Shown here piece after piece: positions 27,401-38,983 of a DNA stretch of 64,000 nucleotides. The notes below the pieces were generated by a model, which saw only the letters and a list, made by a program, of their open reading frames with translations, searched no databases and was not told the origin of the DNA. Numbering within the stretch: position 1 is the first letter of the stretch; each line of letters begins with the position of its first letter. The DNA is taken from contig OZ037768.1 in assembly GCA_964035545.1 (NCBI GenBank), positions 9,766,741-9,830,740 of the forward strand, in the 5' to 3' direction. This DNA comes from Bugula neritina (lineage: Eukaryota > Animalia > Bryozoa). Made by a program: the position numbers and the translations under genes.

Positions 27401-30400
27401 GGTGTGTATTCACACTTGGTATAACTGTAACACTATACTGTTGAGTGCAAGCCTAGTTAAATGCTGTTTACTCAAACCTGTTCAATGTTCTAGAATCTAG
27501 TGTAAAATATAGTGTATTCTGTTCAATAGGAATTCCCATTTCATGCATTTGTAAAATTATCTGTGGTTTAATTAGTAGATCAGATTTATTTTGTAGTAGT
27601 TTATTACAAATTTAGCTTTAAGTTTATAATTTATATAAAGTATGTTACCTTAAGTTGGTGAGTGCACGTGATGACATTGTGGTTTGCAAAGAAATCAGGA
27701 ATCAAATTGATTAAATTAGTTAGAGCAGGTATAACTTCCTCAATATAACTTGCAAAGTTTCACAAAAGCACTTCTTCAAATGAACAATTGTACCTTAGAT
27801 ATTACAGGTGTATGAAGGCAGCCTCTACACAGTATAAGCTGTACTTTGCAGTAGACATATGATCACCCCTCTTTGTTGATTCAAAACTGCAGCTCACAAG
27901 TTTTTTCAATTCAAGAAGTAGCTTGTAGTTATAAGCTATAAGTAACACACTGCTGGAAATATAGTGAAACTGATAAGCCTATAAAGGATATCATTGGCAC
28001 TTGAATAGTATTTCATTGTACAACTTGAAGTTTTGTTTTCCATGATGAAGAACTCTCATTGTGACTGTATATAGACTGGTAGACAAGTAAGGATTGTTTG
28101 AATAATTTTAGGGCAGTTGTAAGTATAGCTGGTGAGCCTACACTAATATCCCAAGATTTCACTCCTGAAACAGAGAGAAGACGACTTCAAAAGATGGCAG
28201 AACAACACCCCGACCTACTAGCCGACGAGTTCTGCCCACTTCAATTTGCTCAAAGAGTAACTCGAAAAGATGTTGGCACTCAGATGCTATTCAGAGACTC
28301 CGGAATGGAGGGCTGGTAGGATGACATATTCAATTCATCTTATAACGCTATGTTAGTGTCGGATGTGGTTTAATTATACGAATATAATTTGTTTCAATGT
28401 GTTGATATATAAAGTAATTTGCTGATGTTTGCACTGAACACTTTATTTGTATGTAAATTATTCTAGCATTTACTGTAGCGGGGAACAGGTTCAGAACCCC
28501 TCATATAATATGAGTTATTAAAGATATTGAAGATGATCTAAATAATTGAATTTTGAATCGATCCAATGAATTGTTTGCTGTTGATTTTTGTAGCTTGGGT
28601 TTTATTTTAAAGGGCACATAAGGAAGTAGTAGAGAAAGACTTGCGGTTCCCTATGATAATGGGGGACGGAAGACGATCCCGACTACTTGCCACTATTGGA
28701 CTGACGAGAGGACTAGGTGACCATAATCTCAAAGTTTTTGATTCAGCAATACACATTAAACCATTTCTATCCTGTACTCCTGAGGTATGGATTCACTCAT
28801 GTCAACTTAATATTTATCTGTATAGCAAATAATTTTATCTAAATCATGTCTATTCTTTAATAAAGATTGTTTGTGATATGGTATTGGTGGAGTTGGGAAT
28901 AAAGAAATGTCATGTAACGTTCATTGCATGTTAGTTGTATACTTTCAGGTGCAAATATGTGACTTGAGTGAACATGAGTCATCTCTCACTCCCAATGATG
29001 TCATAATTTTGGGTTCAGATGGATTGTGGGATGTAACTACTAATGAGCAAGCCTTATGGATTGTCGACAATATATTGCGTTCTCTACCTGTTAGTGACGA
29101 TTCCAGGTAATCATAAATTTTATTAGTTTTGAATTTTTGCTCTTATGGAAAGTTCTGAAAATGGAAGTAGGATTATTTTTATAAACTTAAAATACACGAT
29201 TTCTAAATCACTCTGAATGTAATTTATTAAAATAATCTATTAAGCTTAAGGCCTGGCCACACACTGGTGAGAATCACACAAAATTCGTGTGAGAAATGTC
29301 ATGAGTTATCTTCTCGTTATGACCAGCCACACGTTTGTCAGACGAAACACGTAATAAATAGTCTGTGAAGAAGTCTTGCACGAGATACAAACAGCAAAAA
29401 ATTGCCAGACACAGAAACGTGGTAGAACTGAAATAATCACTGTTGCTAAAATTCTATTGACTGATCAAATGGTGCTTATCGTCACTTGCGCTCTTTTGTC
29501 CATCATCTTTGGTGGGTGCACCCAGCGAACACGATTTCGTATGAATTCTCTTATATTTGATCATACGTTTGTGTTTTCGTGTAAAATAGATGATTTCGTC
29601 TGATTCTCACGAGTGTGTGGCCAGGCCTGTATTTATATTTTTGTTTTGTGGATATGATTAGCTTAGATTCATTAAATGGACTAGATGTTAGCTTCTAGTT
29701 TTAGGTAAGTTTTCAGCTGTATGTTTTACTATAACTATTCAAATCTTATGTTTCCTTTAGATAATGTAAAACTTTAACATCATTTTTTTGTCATGGAAAA
29801 TCGAATTATAGTTTATTGTTGGTGCAAAAGTTGCAGTAGGTCGGGAAAAATAAGAGGAAGTTGCTGCCAATCAGTATCGAGGCGCCAAAATCAATTATTA
29901 CTTTACAGTATCATCTCATTTGTTGAATATTAAACTTTGTTTAAGCTTAAAAGAATGTTATAACATGACTTAATATGCTTATCTAGTCATACTTAGGGAG
30001 TCAGTTTGTGAATATCCTGTTTCAGATATATTGCGGCAGCACAGGCTTTAGTTGCACATGCAAGAGGCAGACAGAAGGTTGATCGAAAGGATGTTTGGAT
30101 GCTAAAAGACTCAACAGAATATGCTTCTCATGATGACGTCACGTGTTTTGTTATTCCTTTAACAAATCGTACTATCTGGACTGACACTCCTCCAGAACCT
30201 AGCGATGCAGAGACAGGAAGCAGTAAAGTAGAAACAGTTATGGCCGACTTAGATACCAGCAGTTGCTCTGGTGATCTCTCGAAAACGGACTATGTTGAGG
30301 TAGAAAGTGTGAAAGATAAGTTGGTTAATGGTGAAACAATAAATTCCGATAAGCCTCGCCATGAAGAAGAAAAAGCATATTTGAGTCCACTAAATGACAC

Positions 30401-30815
30401 AACCTTAGCTGGACAAGACCAACCACCCTCCTTAGTGATAGACAAACCAACTACAGGTGGGCAGCCACTAGATGACCAGGTGATAGATGACCTTGTTATT
30501 GTGACAGAAACTCTAGAGGTTGATGGTAGTTGTCAAACATTCCATGAAAGCAGCGAAAGTCAAAATTCAACTGCAAATGAAGTTCCTGCTGCCGCCAGTC
30601 AGTCTGAGCATCCTAATGATGTAACACCCTATAACTCTTGCTTGGTGCCGGAGCCTGACTCACACGCTGACTCTACTACTATTCCGTCTGACTCACAACT
30701 AATGCTCAACTCACAGTCAGCTACCTGCCCGCAGACTGATACCTTTCCAGAGTCTGCTCAGTCCGATATATTTTGTTCTAATTTAACCGCTGATTCATGC
30801 ATTAGTTCTAATTAA
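21409..30815 (+). CDS. PPM1H: Protein phosphatase 1H/1J/1M-type PP2C; exons 21409-21710, 22095-22212, 23256-23345, 24178-24348, 27289-27401, 28112-28315, 28613-28784, 28949-29106, 30026-30815
   Basis: Motifs YHRPVFL, GYAECVNGGKSLFNEDQA, FGVFDGHAG, GGCAAL..LYIANAGDCRA, DFTPETERRRLQ, ATIGLTRGLGDHNLKV..IKPFLS, ILGSDGLWDV and HDDVTCFVIPL are typical of the PPM1H subfamily, including the flap region. Confidence 0.93.
21825..21960 (-). mobile_element. tRNA-derived SINE 5' portion, copy 1
   Basis: The minus strand reads gggagcagctgTGGTCTAGCCG...GGTTTGAATCT (A/B box-like) followed by aaggccattggtga..ggaagagcattc. It is homologous to 58290-58430. Confidence 0.7.
22522..22946. mobile_element. PIF/Harbinger-like MITE
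   Basis: 18-bp perfect TIR GTGTAGGGCCACACGACG, with TAA on both flanks. Confidence 0.8.
24841..25850 (+). mobile_element. Internally deleted Tc1/mariner DNA transposon in PPM1H intron 4
   Basis: 27-bp perfect TIR CAGTGCTGGCAAAAAGTCTGGAATATT with TA TSD. Frameshifted HTH regions (LAVSQEAVSKTLK; VSARTIR...KHWS) and the C-terminal helix (EKLAESMPNR) remain, but the DDE core is missing. Confidence 0.92.
25961..25980 (+). repeat. Poly-G run (20 nt)
   Basis: Direct reading. Confidence 0.9.
29249..29628. mobile_element. PIF/Harbinger-like MITE
   Basis: 28-bp TIR AGGCCTGGCCACACACT(G/C)GTGAGAATCA with 1 mismatch. It shares the GGCCACAC core with the 22522 element, and its TSD is degenerate. Confidence 0.75.
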
Positions 30816-30844
30816 TTTGTGCAACTGGGTACCCTGTCTTAGCT

Positions 30845-31305
30845 GGGTTGTTCTATATGCAGTAGGTTGACTCAACATTCAGTATATAATGTTTTCTGAT
30901 TGGGTAATTAGATAGCGCCATGATTGGCTTACTAATTCTAAACGCACAAGTTGATGTTGGTGTCTGACATGGCACGTGCTTGCACCCCAACTCACACACT
31001 AAATCACACCCACATTTGCAATTTCAGTTTCATAGCTTATGCTTGGTGATTTTTTTATGTAGGAAGTTACTCAACTCAAATGTAATTTTTATTTTTAAAT
31101 GTTTTCCTAATCTTTTCTTACCTATTTCCGCTTTGTCCTGTTCTGGTAGCGTGTTTAAATGTTTTTCTAATAGTGAAAGTAAATGCAGTTGCTCGGTGAC
31201 AGTAGTAATAATATAAAGTAAACCAATCAGAGATACTCCCTCATCAGCCAATCAAAAAAATTCAATAACTAAATGTTGAGCCAGCCGACTGCATATAGAA
31301 ATTTC
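30845..31305. mobile_element. Mutator(MULE)-like MITE just downstream of the PPM1H stop codon
   Basis: ~55-bp imperfect TIRs (ttctatatgcagt.gg.tg.ctcaacatt...tgattgg). The direct repeat (C)TGTCTTAGCT occurs at 30834-30844 and 31305-31315. Confidence 0.7.
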
Positions 31306-32455
31306 TGTCTTAGCTAGATTTGACTCTGTTCCTACTGATATTAGTATTGGAAAGTGAGATAAAATTTAGGCTATCTTTTTTGACCAAATGCATTGCAATA
31401 AACCAAGTTGAACATGGTAAAGATTTTTATAGTATATTTTCTAATTACAATATTTATTTAAACTAATGTTTTACTGCACATAATACTTTAAATTAATAAA
31501 TGCATGCTTGTTTGAATTTATGTTTAACATATTCTGTCTTTACTAATCATTATTTTATTGTCGAAAATTTATTCCAAAATTTGCTCAGCTAACAAAAGTT
31601 CACAAAATTATTTTTCCTTATATCGCCTGAGCAGTATAATTTCTGTGTCTACAGTATTTGGTGCAATAAGTATTAAAATATCTATTATTTGTAAACCTTC
31701 TTATTCGTAAAAGTACCATATTTGCATCTTTGGCTGTTTTAAATGTTATGTTAATAAACTCATTTGTCTTCCTTCAAACATAATTTATTGTGACCCCCTA
31801 GAAATCTTCATAACGACATAATGTTTTGATTTTGTTAAATTTGGGATATTTCTTTAAAAATAATCTTTACCCGCTTCCTGTTTGTTATTTCTTCTTGCAT
31901 TAATTCCGTAACTATATCACATTGATTTTCCAGTAAACCTTCTCAAAATAATTATTTGCACAAAAATAAAAGCACTCTATGTACAATTAAAGCATATATA
32001 CAATTAGGTGCACAGGCATTGCTTGTACTACATAGTATTATGTTCTTCAAATCAAATAACAAATTTTTTGTTTATAGTGCTTTCAAAAAGAAATTTTTTT
32101 TGCTATATTCTTGTGTGTGTTATTTATGAGTGAAGTTTATAAATCTAAATAATGAAAGGGCTAAATATGGTATTATGACCTTCATTAACAGATTATTCAG
32201 CAATATTCCTTAACCTTGGCATAGCCCCCATACCCGTGAGTGTTGTAACTTATACCATTTCCTTTTGGATATCAAAATAATAATGTCTTGAATTTATATA
32301 AAAAATAGTTTTTATGCTTGCCTTCCATGTTTGCTATACATGCTATGACTAATTATTATTATTCTTATTTTATAACAATAGCTTATTTGCTAAAGAAACA
32401 TATTACTTTAGTTAATTTTTGTGAAACTAAAACCAAAAACTTTGCTAGTGTAGGT

Positions 32456-32479
32456 CAGAGTGGTATATGTACCACTCTG
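32456..32479. mobile_element. 24-bp TIR-only hAT-like relic with perfect 8-bp TSD
   Basis: GTGTAGGT-[CAGAGTGGTA TATG TACCACTCTG]-GTGTAGGT. Confidence 0.7.
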
Positions 32480-32859
32480 GTGTAGGTATACGAGTGCCTA
32501 GATAAGATCAAGAGTTTTCCTCACCATAGACATGCAAAATTAGAAATTATTTGACTTGATGAACTATTTGCAGGTTACGTATCCTCGAAAAGCGTGTTCA
32601 AAGAGTTTACAGAGTTGTCGTTTCTATTTTTAAAACACTAATTTATCCCAATAGAATTTCGTTATTATACTTTTAATTTACGATAACTAAAATGGATTTT
32701 TGTGTTCAAATCTATGATCTCTCACAGTAAGTTATCAATTACAGAATGCAGTATTAGACAACTTTATTTGGAAATCCACAAAGCCGGTTCCACAAGTTAA
32801 CGTTAGAAGATCTATTTTATATTTATGACATTTTTCAACCAACTTCAACTCTAAGAAAA

Positions 32860-35800
32860 ATGTTGAAAAAGGCAGTCCCTGTTTTTCAGCCTCAGAGGTA
32901 AGCTCAACTTTGCTTTTTAAATAACTAAAAGATGTTAGCATAACAACCGAAGCGAGCTAATTATAATAGAATTAAATGAATTATTAATATTATTATTATA
33001 ATTAATATTATGGATAATAATTATAATAAAGTTAAAATAACCTATAATAATAATTAAAATAAAAATGAAAATCATCACAGCTTGAGGCGGTTACTTAAAG
33101 TTAATGAATTTAAAATCATTTAGATATTTATGTTACTTATTATATTTAAAATGATTTGAATTTAATTTTTAATATACCTAGATTTTTAGTTCAAGACTCA
33201 AGTTGCAACTTGCATGAGCATAATGATAATCATAATGATACCTGTCGATACCTGTCGATGTTATTTCCACACTGGACCTCCCTAGAGGGAAGAAGGGGTG
33301 TGCCTCGTATAAAAAACTAAGTTGTCAGTACTTGGACAGTAGTCTAAAAAGTGTTAACATTCTTGTGCAGATTAACTTAACAGGCTAACTAGCCTGTCTG
33401 TGTGTGATCAGTGCTGATCCTCATATCTCTTATTGTTCGTGGGAGAAAACTATAAAGATACCCATTCCTGTTCGCTCTCACTGATCTGGGAAATCCTGAA
33501 ACCTGAGACCGAGTCTGTACAGTGCTTGTGGTCCGCTGATCTAGAAAATCATCATAGGCAGCACTCGGAGTTGGATGTTGTTCTTCCTTAGACAATATTT
33601 TTAGGAGAAGGCTGATGCGTCGGCTTTTCCTCCTTAGATCAAGCGGCTCCAAACACAGCTTTTTCATCTCCTCCCCAATATCGGTTCTTCCTTCGCTGTT
33701 AGAGATAAAACGCACAGCATCTGTTTGAACATTCTCCATTATACTTATATGATTTTTGCTAGATGGGTCCCAGGCTGCACTGGCATATTCCCAGTGTGGG
33801 AGACAGAGGGCTTTGTAGGCAATAAGCTTTGCTCTCCTGGGGGCCCAGTAGAGTGCACGTTTTATCATACCTAATTGCCGTTTTGCAACAAGAACCTTTT
33901 TTAGGATGTGTTGGTCAAATTTACAGTCTGATTGCAGTGTTACACCAAGGTATTTTGTTGAGTCAACATGATCCAACACTGATCCACTAAGCTTGTATTG
34001 GGGAGTGTCGGTCTTAGGGTTAAAGCTGATTATCTTGCTCTTGGAGATGTTGAATGACATTCCCCACTTATTCGCCCAAGTACTAAGAGAGTCCATAATG
34101 ATAATTATAATAATCATAATGATAATATTAATATTAATGAATATACTAATACTAATAGTAATTAGTAATAAGTTAAAGTATTAACTATAAGTAATACTAA
34201 TAATCATTATTATTATTATTATATTCCTTATCATTATGATTATGCAGCTGGAACTATAAGACTTATAGTTATAGTTATAGTTATACTAAGACTCTTAGTA
34301 TAACTATAACTATAAGTCTTATGAGCATTATCATTATCATTATGACAAAATTCGAATTTAATTTTTTAATAAACTTACTCTTAGTAAGAGTAAGTTTATT
34401 AAAAATTAAATTCGAATTTTGTCATAATGATAATGGTAATGCTTATTTGTTGTTATGCTAATGTTTATTCTCATTGTGATTTTGCCAAAATAGTTTTGAA
34501 TAAGTTCAAATTGATTGTGAAACAGAGTGATTTTCAATTAGTTGAGTAAATTAAGTCAAATCGGAGGTGTCGACAAGAAATGTCAAACGTCAGAGCTAGC
34601 AGCAACTTGAGTCAGTATGATTTGAACACAACTGCCTTGTGTCTCTTAGTTTTCATGTAACATTATGTTTTGGCTGTCATTGTCATTGTGGTTATCTTAA
34701 TTGTAGTTGAGATTGTGTATTTAAATATATATTGTCATATTCATTAGATTTAATTGATATAAATTATATATCACTCAAATAGTATTGACAAAGTTATACT
34801 GGCATAGTTATCTAAAGGGTTTAATATACGCAGGCGAAGGCTAATTACTTTTAATGCCAAGTCACCACGAATCATGTGAGGTTTTTGTTACCATAGCTTA
34901 TCTTTGTTTATGCTTATTTTCAATTGGCGCTCTTACTATTGTAATTTTTTATATTTTCCAACATATGGCATATTTTAATAATGTGATTTTCATTATGTTA
35001 TTTTAGCTGTCAAACAAGGAATATGGCTACCTTGAAAGATAGTGAGTATTACTTTTTCTTTGTTCATATCATTCGAATATTAACTGTGGAGACCATTAGT
35101 AATCCTACTAAACATGATTTCCACTAAAGGTTTTTGCTGAAGCAACACACTTTGCAGTTTTTTTAATGCACTTGTTTACATATTGCTCTAATAACTCCTT
35201 GTTCCAGAATTTTATTCCTGCAACTTTTTTCACAACTTCTTGATAATGTGAATAATGTCAAAATAATTTGTTGCTTTTAGTTTTACTTATTAATTATTAG
35301 CTTTGTTTTCTCTATACATGTTTCACTTGAAAGTTAATGTGATTATTGAAGGTCATTAATAAATAACTGTACGTATTATTTCACCAGTTGCGACTAGATT
35401 AAAGTCAGTAAAGAATATTCAGAAGATTACCAAATCTATGAAGATGGTGTCTGCAGCTAAATTTGCCAAAGCTGAAAGAGAGTTGAAGCCTGCTAGAGTT
35501 TATGGAGCAGGGGCTACAGGTGTGTATGCAGTATTCAAATATTCATATGCATCTTCTCTTTCTACAGATTGCTTGAGAGTTGTATGCTCAAACAATTTTG
35601 TTTGATATCAATTTTTTGCTTATGTTGATGATGTTAAATTGTTAATTGTTAAATTTCATGGCATGCTATTCTTAGTTATACAGTTTACAAGTTTACACTG
35701 GTTTTTTGTTAGTTTTAATATGACATTGTTGTCATTAAAAAGTATTTTAATTTAGTTATTTATGACTCTGAGAGTGTTTGATAGTTGACCGTCCAATCAT

Positions 35801-37237
35801 GTAGCTGTGTGCAAGTGTGCACATGTATTTTATTACAGGTGGTTAACAATATCTGTGTAGTAGGCATGATATATGTTGTATCTTTGATTACCTAGCATTC
35901 TATGACAAGTTGGAAGTTGAATCAGATGAGAGCAAGCCAAACCACCTGATAGTAGCTATTTCCTCTGACAAGGGTCTGTGCGGCGGTGTCCATTCTGCTA
36001 TTTGCAAAGCTATAAAAGCAGAAGTATTGACTAAATCTGCCGAAGCCAACATCAAGTTGGTTGCTGTTGGTGATAAGGCCAGAGGCATACTGGCAAGGTG
36101 AATAGCACTTCTGATTTACCATCAACAGAATTTTTGTGAAATCTTATTTATGTCAGAAAAAACTAACTTTACTTTAAAAGCATTATAAACAAACTTTTGA
36201 ATAACATTATTGTGAAAACATAGCTAATACTATAGTATAAACATCCTTGTTTAACATTACCACCTTCTGCCGAAGTGTAAACTCTAGTGCTGTCTTTTTA
36301 ATAGTGTGTTCATTCAAGTAGTCTCACAAACTCACAACTTTCAAATAACTTGAAGAGAAAATAATAATTGCCTCTCACGAGATAATTGTTGTATTGTAGA
36401 ACCCACAAGGACAACTTCATGCTCTCATGCAAGGAGATTGGCCGCTTACCACCCACATTTGCAGATGCTTCTTCAGTGGCACAAGAGATTCTAGACTCTG
36501 GATACGAGTATGATAACGGAACACTGTTCTTCAACACATTCAAGTTAGTACTGTCTATGAGTTGTCTGTCTGCTACTAACTACATACATGAAAGTTGGCG
36601 CATTTTAATTTCAATTTTGCAATAAATTTTTATTTTTCTGTTATGCAGATCTGTGGTGTCCTACAATGTAACAAAGCTGCCATTGCTGTCAATAAGCACA
36701 GTGTCTGCTGCTGACAACCTGGCATTGTACGACAGCGTGGACGAGGATGTCCTCACCAGCTACAATGAATTTGCTCTAGCTAGTTTAGTTTTCTTTGGTA
36801 TGAAGGAGGGAGCTGCTAGTGAACAGAGTGCTAGAATGACTGCTATGGATGGTGCCAGCAAGAATGCCGGTAAGTACTGTGTATTGTAATCTATGATATG
36901 AAACTTGTATAAAAAATTAGCTTTTATTTATGCTGAATTTGATGCTGATATTTGTAAATATATGAAAGTTTATCTGGGTTGAAATATTTATATAAACTGC
37001 AATGATTTGTTACGTGAATTATTATAACACTTGTGGGAAAGATCCTATGGCAACTAGAACCGGTATTTTTTAGTATTAGGACCACCTCCAAATATTTTCC
37101 CCAGTGCTGAAACATGCCACCTGTTTATTTCAGGTGAGATGATTGACAAGCTTACCTTGACCTACAACAGAACAAGGCAAGCTGTGATCACCAGAGAACT
37201 GATTGAAATCATATCTGGTGCTTCTGCACTCGACTAG
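32860..37237 (+). CDS. ATP5F1C: Mitochondrial ATP synthase F1 subunit gamma, ~291 aa; exons 32860-32897, 35007-35041, 35388-35519, 35896-36097, 36400-36543, 36649-36869, 37134-37237
   Basis: Short presequence [19 protein letters not shown] followed by [59 protein letters not shown] and [24 protein letters not shown]. All junctions are phase-consistent. Confidence 0.97.
32960..34450. repeat. Degenerate hexamer tract in ATP5F1C intron 1, split by a LINE insertion
   Basis: ataatc/actaat/agttat runs at 32960-33240 and 34094-34450. Confidence 0.8.
33241..34093 (-). mobile_element. 5'-truncated LINE (CR1/L2-like ORF2 C-terminus plus 3' UTR) in ATP5F1C intron 1
   Basis: An uninterrupted ~235-aa frame with [39 protein letters not shown] and [10 protein letters not shown]. 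It has a tandem 3' tail (ATCGACAGGT)x2 and TSD CATAATGATA at 33231-33240 and 34094-34103. Confidence 0.9.
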
Positions 37238-38749
37238 GGAATAGTGTTGACTTAGCTGTGTGTTTAGGCATTCTCTATTAATGTCTGGTTAATTTTAGCT
37301 TAATGGAACTAGCTTTTCGCCCTAGTTTCCATAACATTTTCAACATGAAAAATAATGTATTTTCACATGTAACCATTTTATATTATATGGGTATTTTGCT
37401 GAGTACGTGAAGTCTCGGATTTATGTGAAATAAATCTAGTGTTGGTTATAATACCTGTATGACTACCTTGGTTTATGGAGTTCTGGCTTGCTTGTGTTAG
37501 ATGCCATATAATAAAAATGAAACCATACGTTATCTGAAAAAAGCTGCAAATGTTCATTCTATACTGTAGCTATAAGCACTTGCTACCTATATATGTAGGT
37601 AGAGTATAGCAATTTTACATTTGTTGGCCATGGATGTGTTGATTTTGTGCAATATGATTTTATTTCCAACAATTTTTGACTAGCCTGTATGTAATAGGCA
37701 GCAGCTTAAAAAACTGATATCATTGGAGTATTACCCTATAAGTTTCCAAATAGCGGTTGAGCCTTTGGCTTGTCAACATGACAAATACCTCCAACTCTCC
37801 AGTTTGACCTCCTGTATAGATTAATTCCACTGCTATATATTTGCTTCTTTGTGGCTAGCTTCTCATTTGGCTGAATATCTGCTTGTATACTGAAACTTCT
37901 GTTTCTGGGTCCTTTTATATAGTATAAATTACTAATAAATAGAGAAATTACTAATAATACCACCATATGTAATCTAAGCTTGGGTTCTCTTTTGATGTGG
38001 CTATACCTTTCGAACTGAGTTGTGGTGACAACTCTCAGTTCTGCAAATTTGTTCCCCCATTGTGCTCTGACATCATTTTTCCAATCATTATGTTAGCTCT
38101 AGCCAAATCACACATAATATTTCTCATGTTTATTCTTATGTTTATTATCCTATACAAGTATTGATCTAAAGACCTAAAAGTCCTGCATTTAGTATACACT
38201 AAGCTTCTTTTTGGGACCATAGCTCGTATTTTAGCAGCTTGAAAAGTCAATCTATAGCATTTTACAACAGGTTTATTATTTGTTCATTTCTAAGCCCATG
38301 AAGACATATTTTTTTGGATATAGCACCGATAAATATTTTACAGCTGATAACCTAGTCTTGATTTTCTGTGCTACCCCTCTCTGCTTAATACCATATGCTG
38401 TTTTCATTTTGAATTTGAGTATCAGTGCTGCTCCATTTATAAATATATACAGTGGTGGAATGGTTCACTTTATCTGTGCCATGCTAAAATGTTCTTAGCA
38501 CCTCTCTCAGTCCACTACTTTTTATTGCAGTATCTAAATGCACAGCAAATAAATGTAGTAAATATCACACTTTCTTACCAACATTTCTGTTCAGCCTCAA
38601 AGTCAGTAAATATACTCTTTTTTATTCTAATTTTAGCAATACTTTATCCACTTGCCTATATAATTACTAGAGGCTTGCCAAAGTTGCTCTTCGTGTATAA
38701 AAACAACATAATTATAGAAAGAAGTTGATAAACTTTGGAATTAGCCAAA

Positions 38750-38983
38750 CTGGTGTATAACGTTTCTAGCGGTTAACTTCCACGTGTATCTGTTTACCAA
38801 CGACACTATTTCCTACCGCCATGTTTCCAAATCATTAGTTGGTTTTTCTTAATAGAGATTTATTTAATACTCGTTTGGCGTCAGTTTCGGGCTGGGCCTT
38901 TCTCCTATGCCGATTAATTTTATGCCAACACGCTTGTAACTTCAGCAATATAGTAAATAAAAATGAGCTAAAAAGTTGCCAGT
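38750..38983 (+). promoter_or_regulatory. Promoter core/5' UTR of the pericentrin-like gene
   Basis: CpG-rich island with CACGTG at 38781, immediately upstream of ATG 38984. Confidence 0.5.

Noticed and set aside
34094-34117. MIIIIIIM start of the 242-aa LINE ORF
   Set aside because: It comes from the flanking tract beyond the TSD; the element is 5'-truncated and lacks its own start and RT core.
37690-38730. Intergenic segment that looks like decayed minus-strand coding or TE sequence
   Set aside because: No motif, TIR or TSD I could verify by eye.
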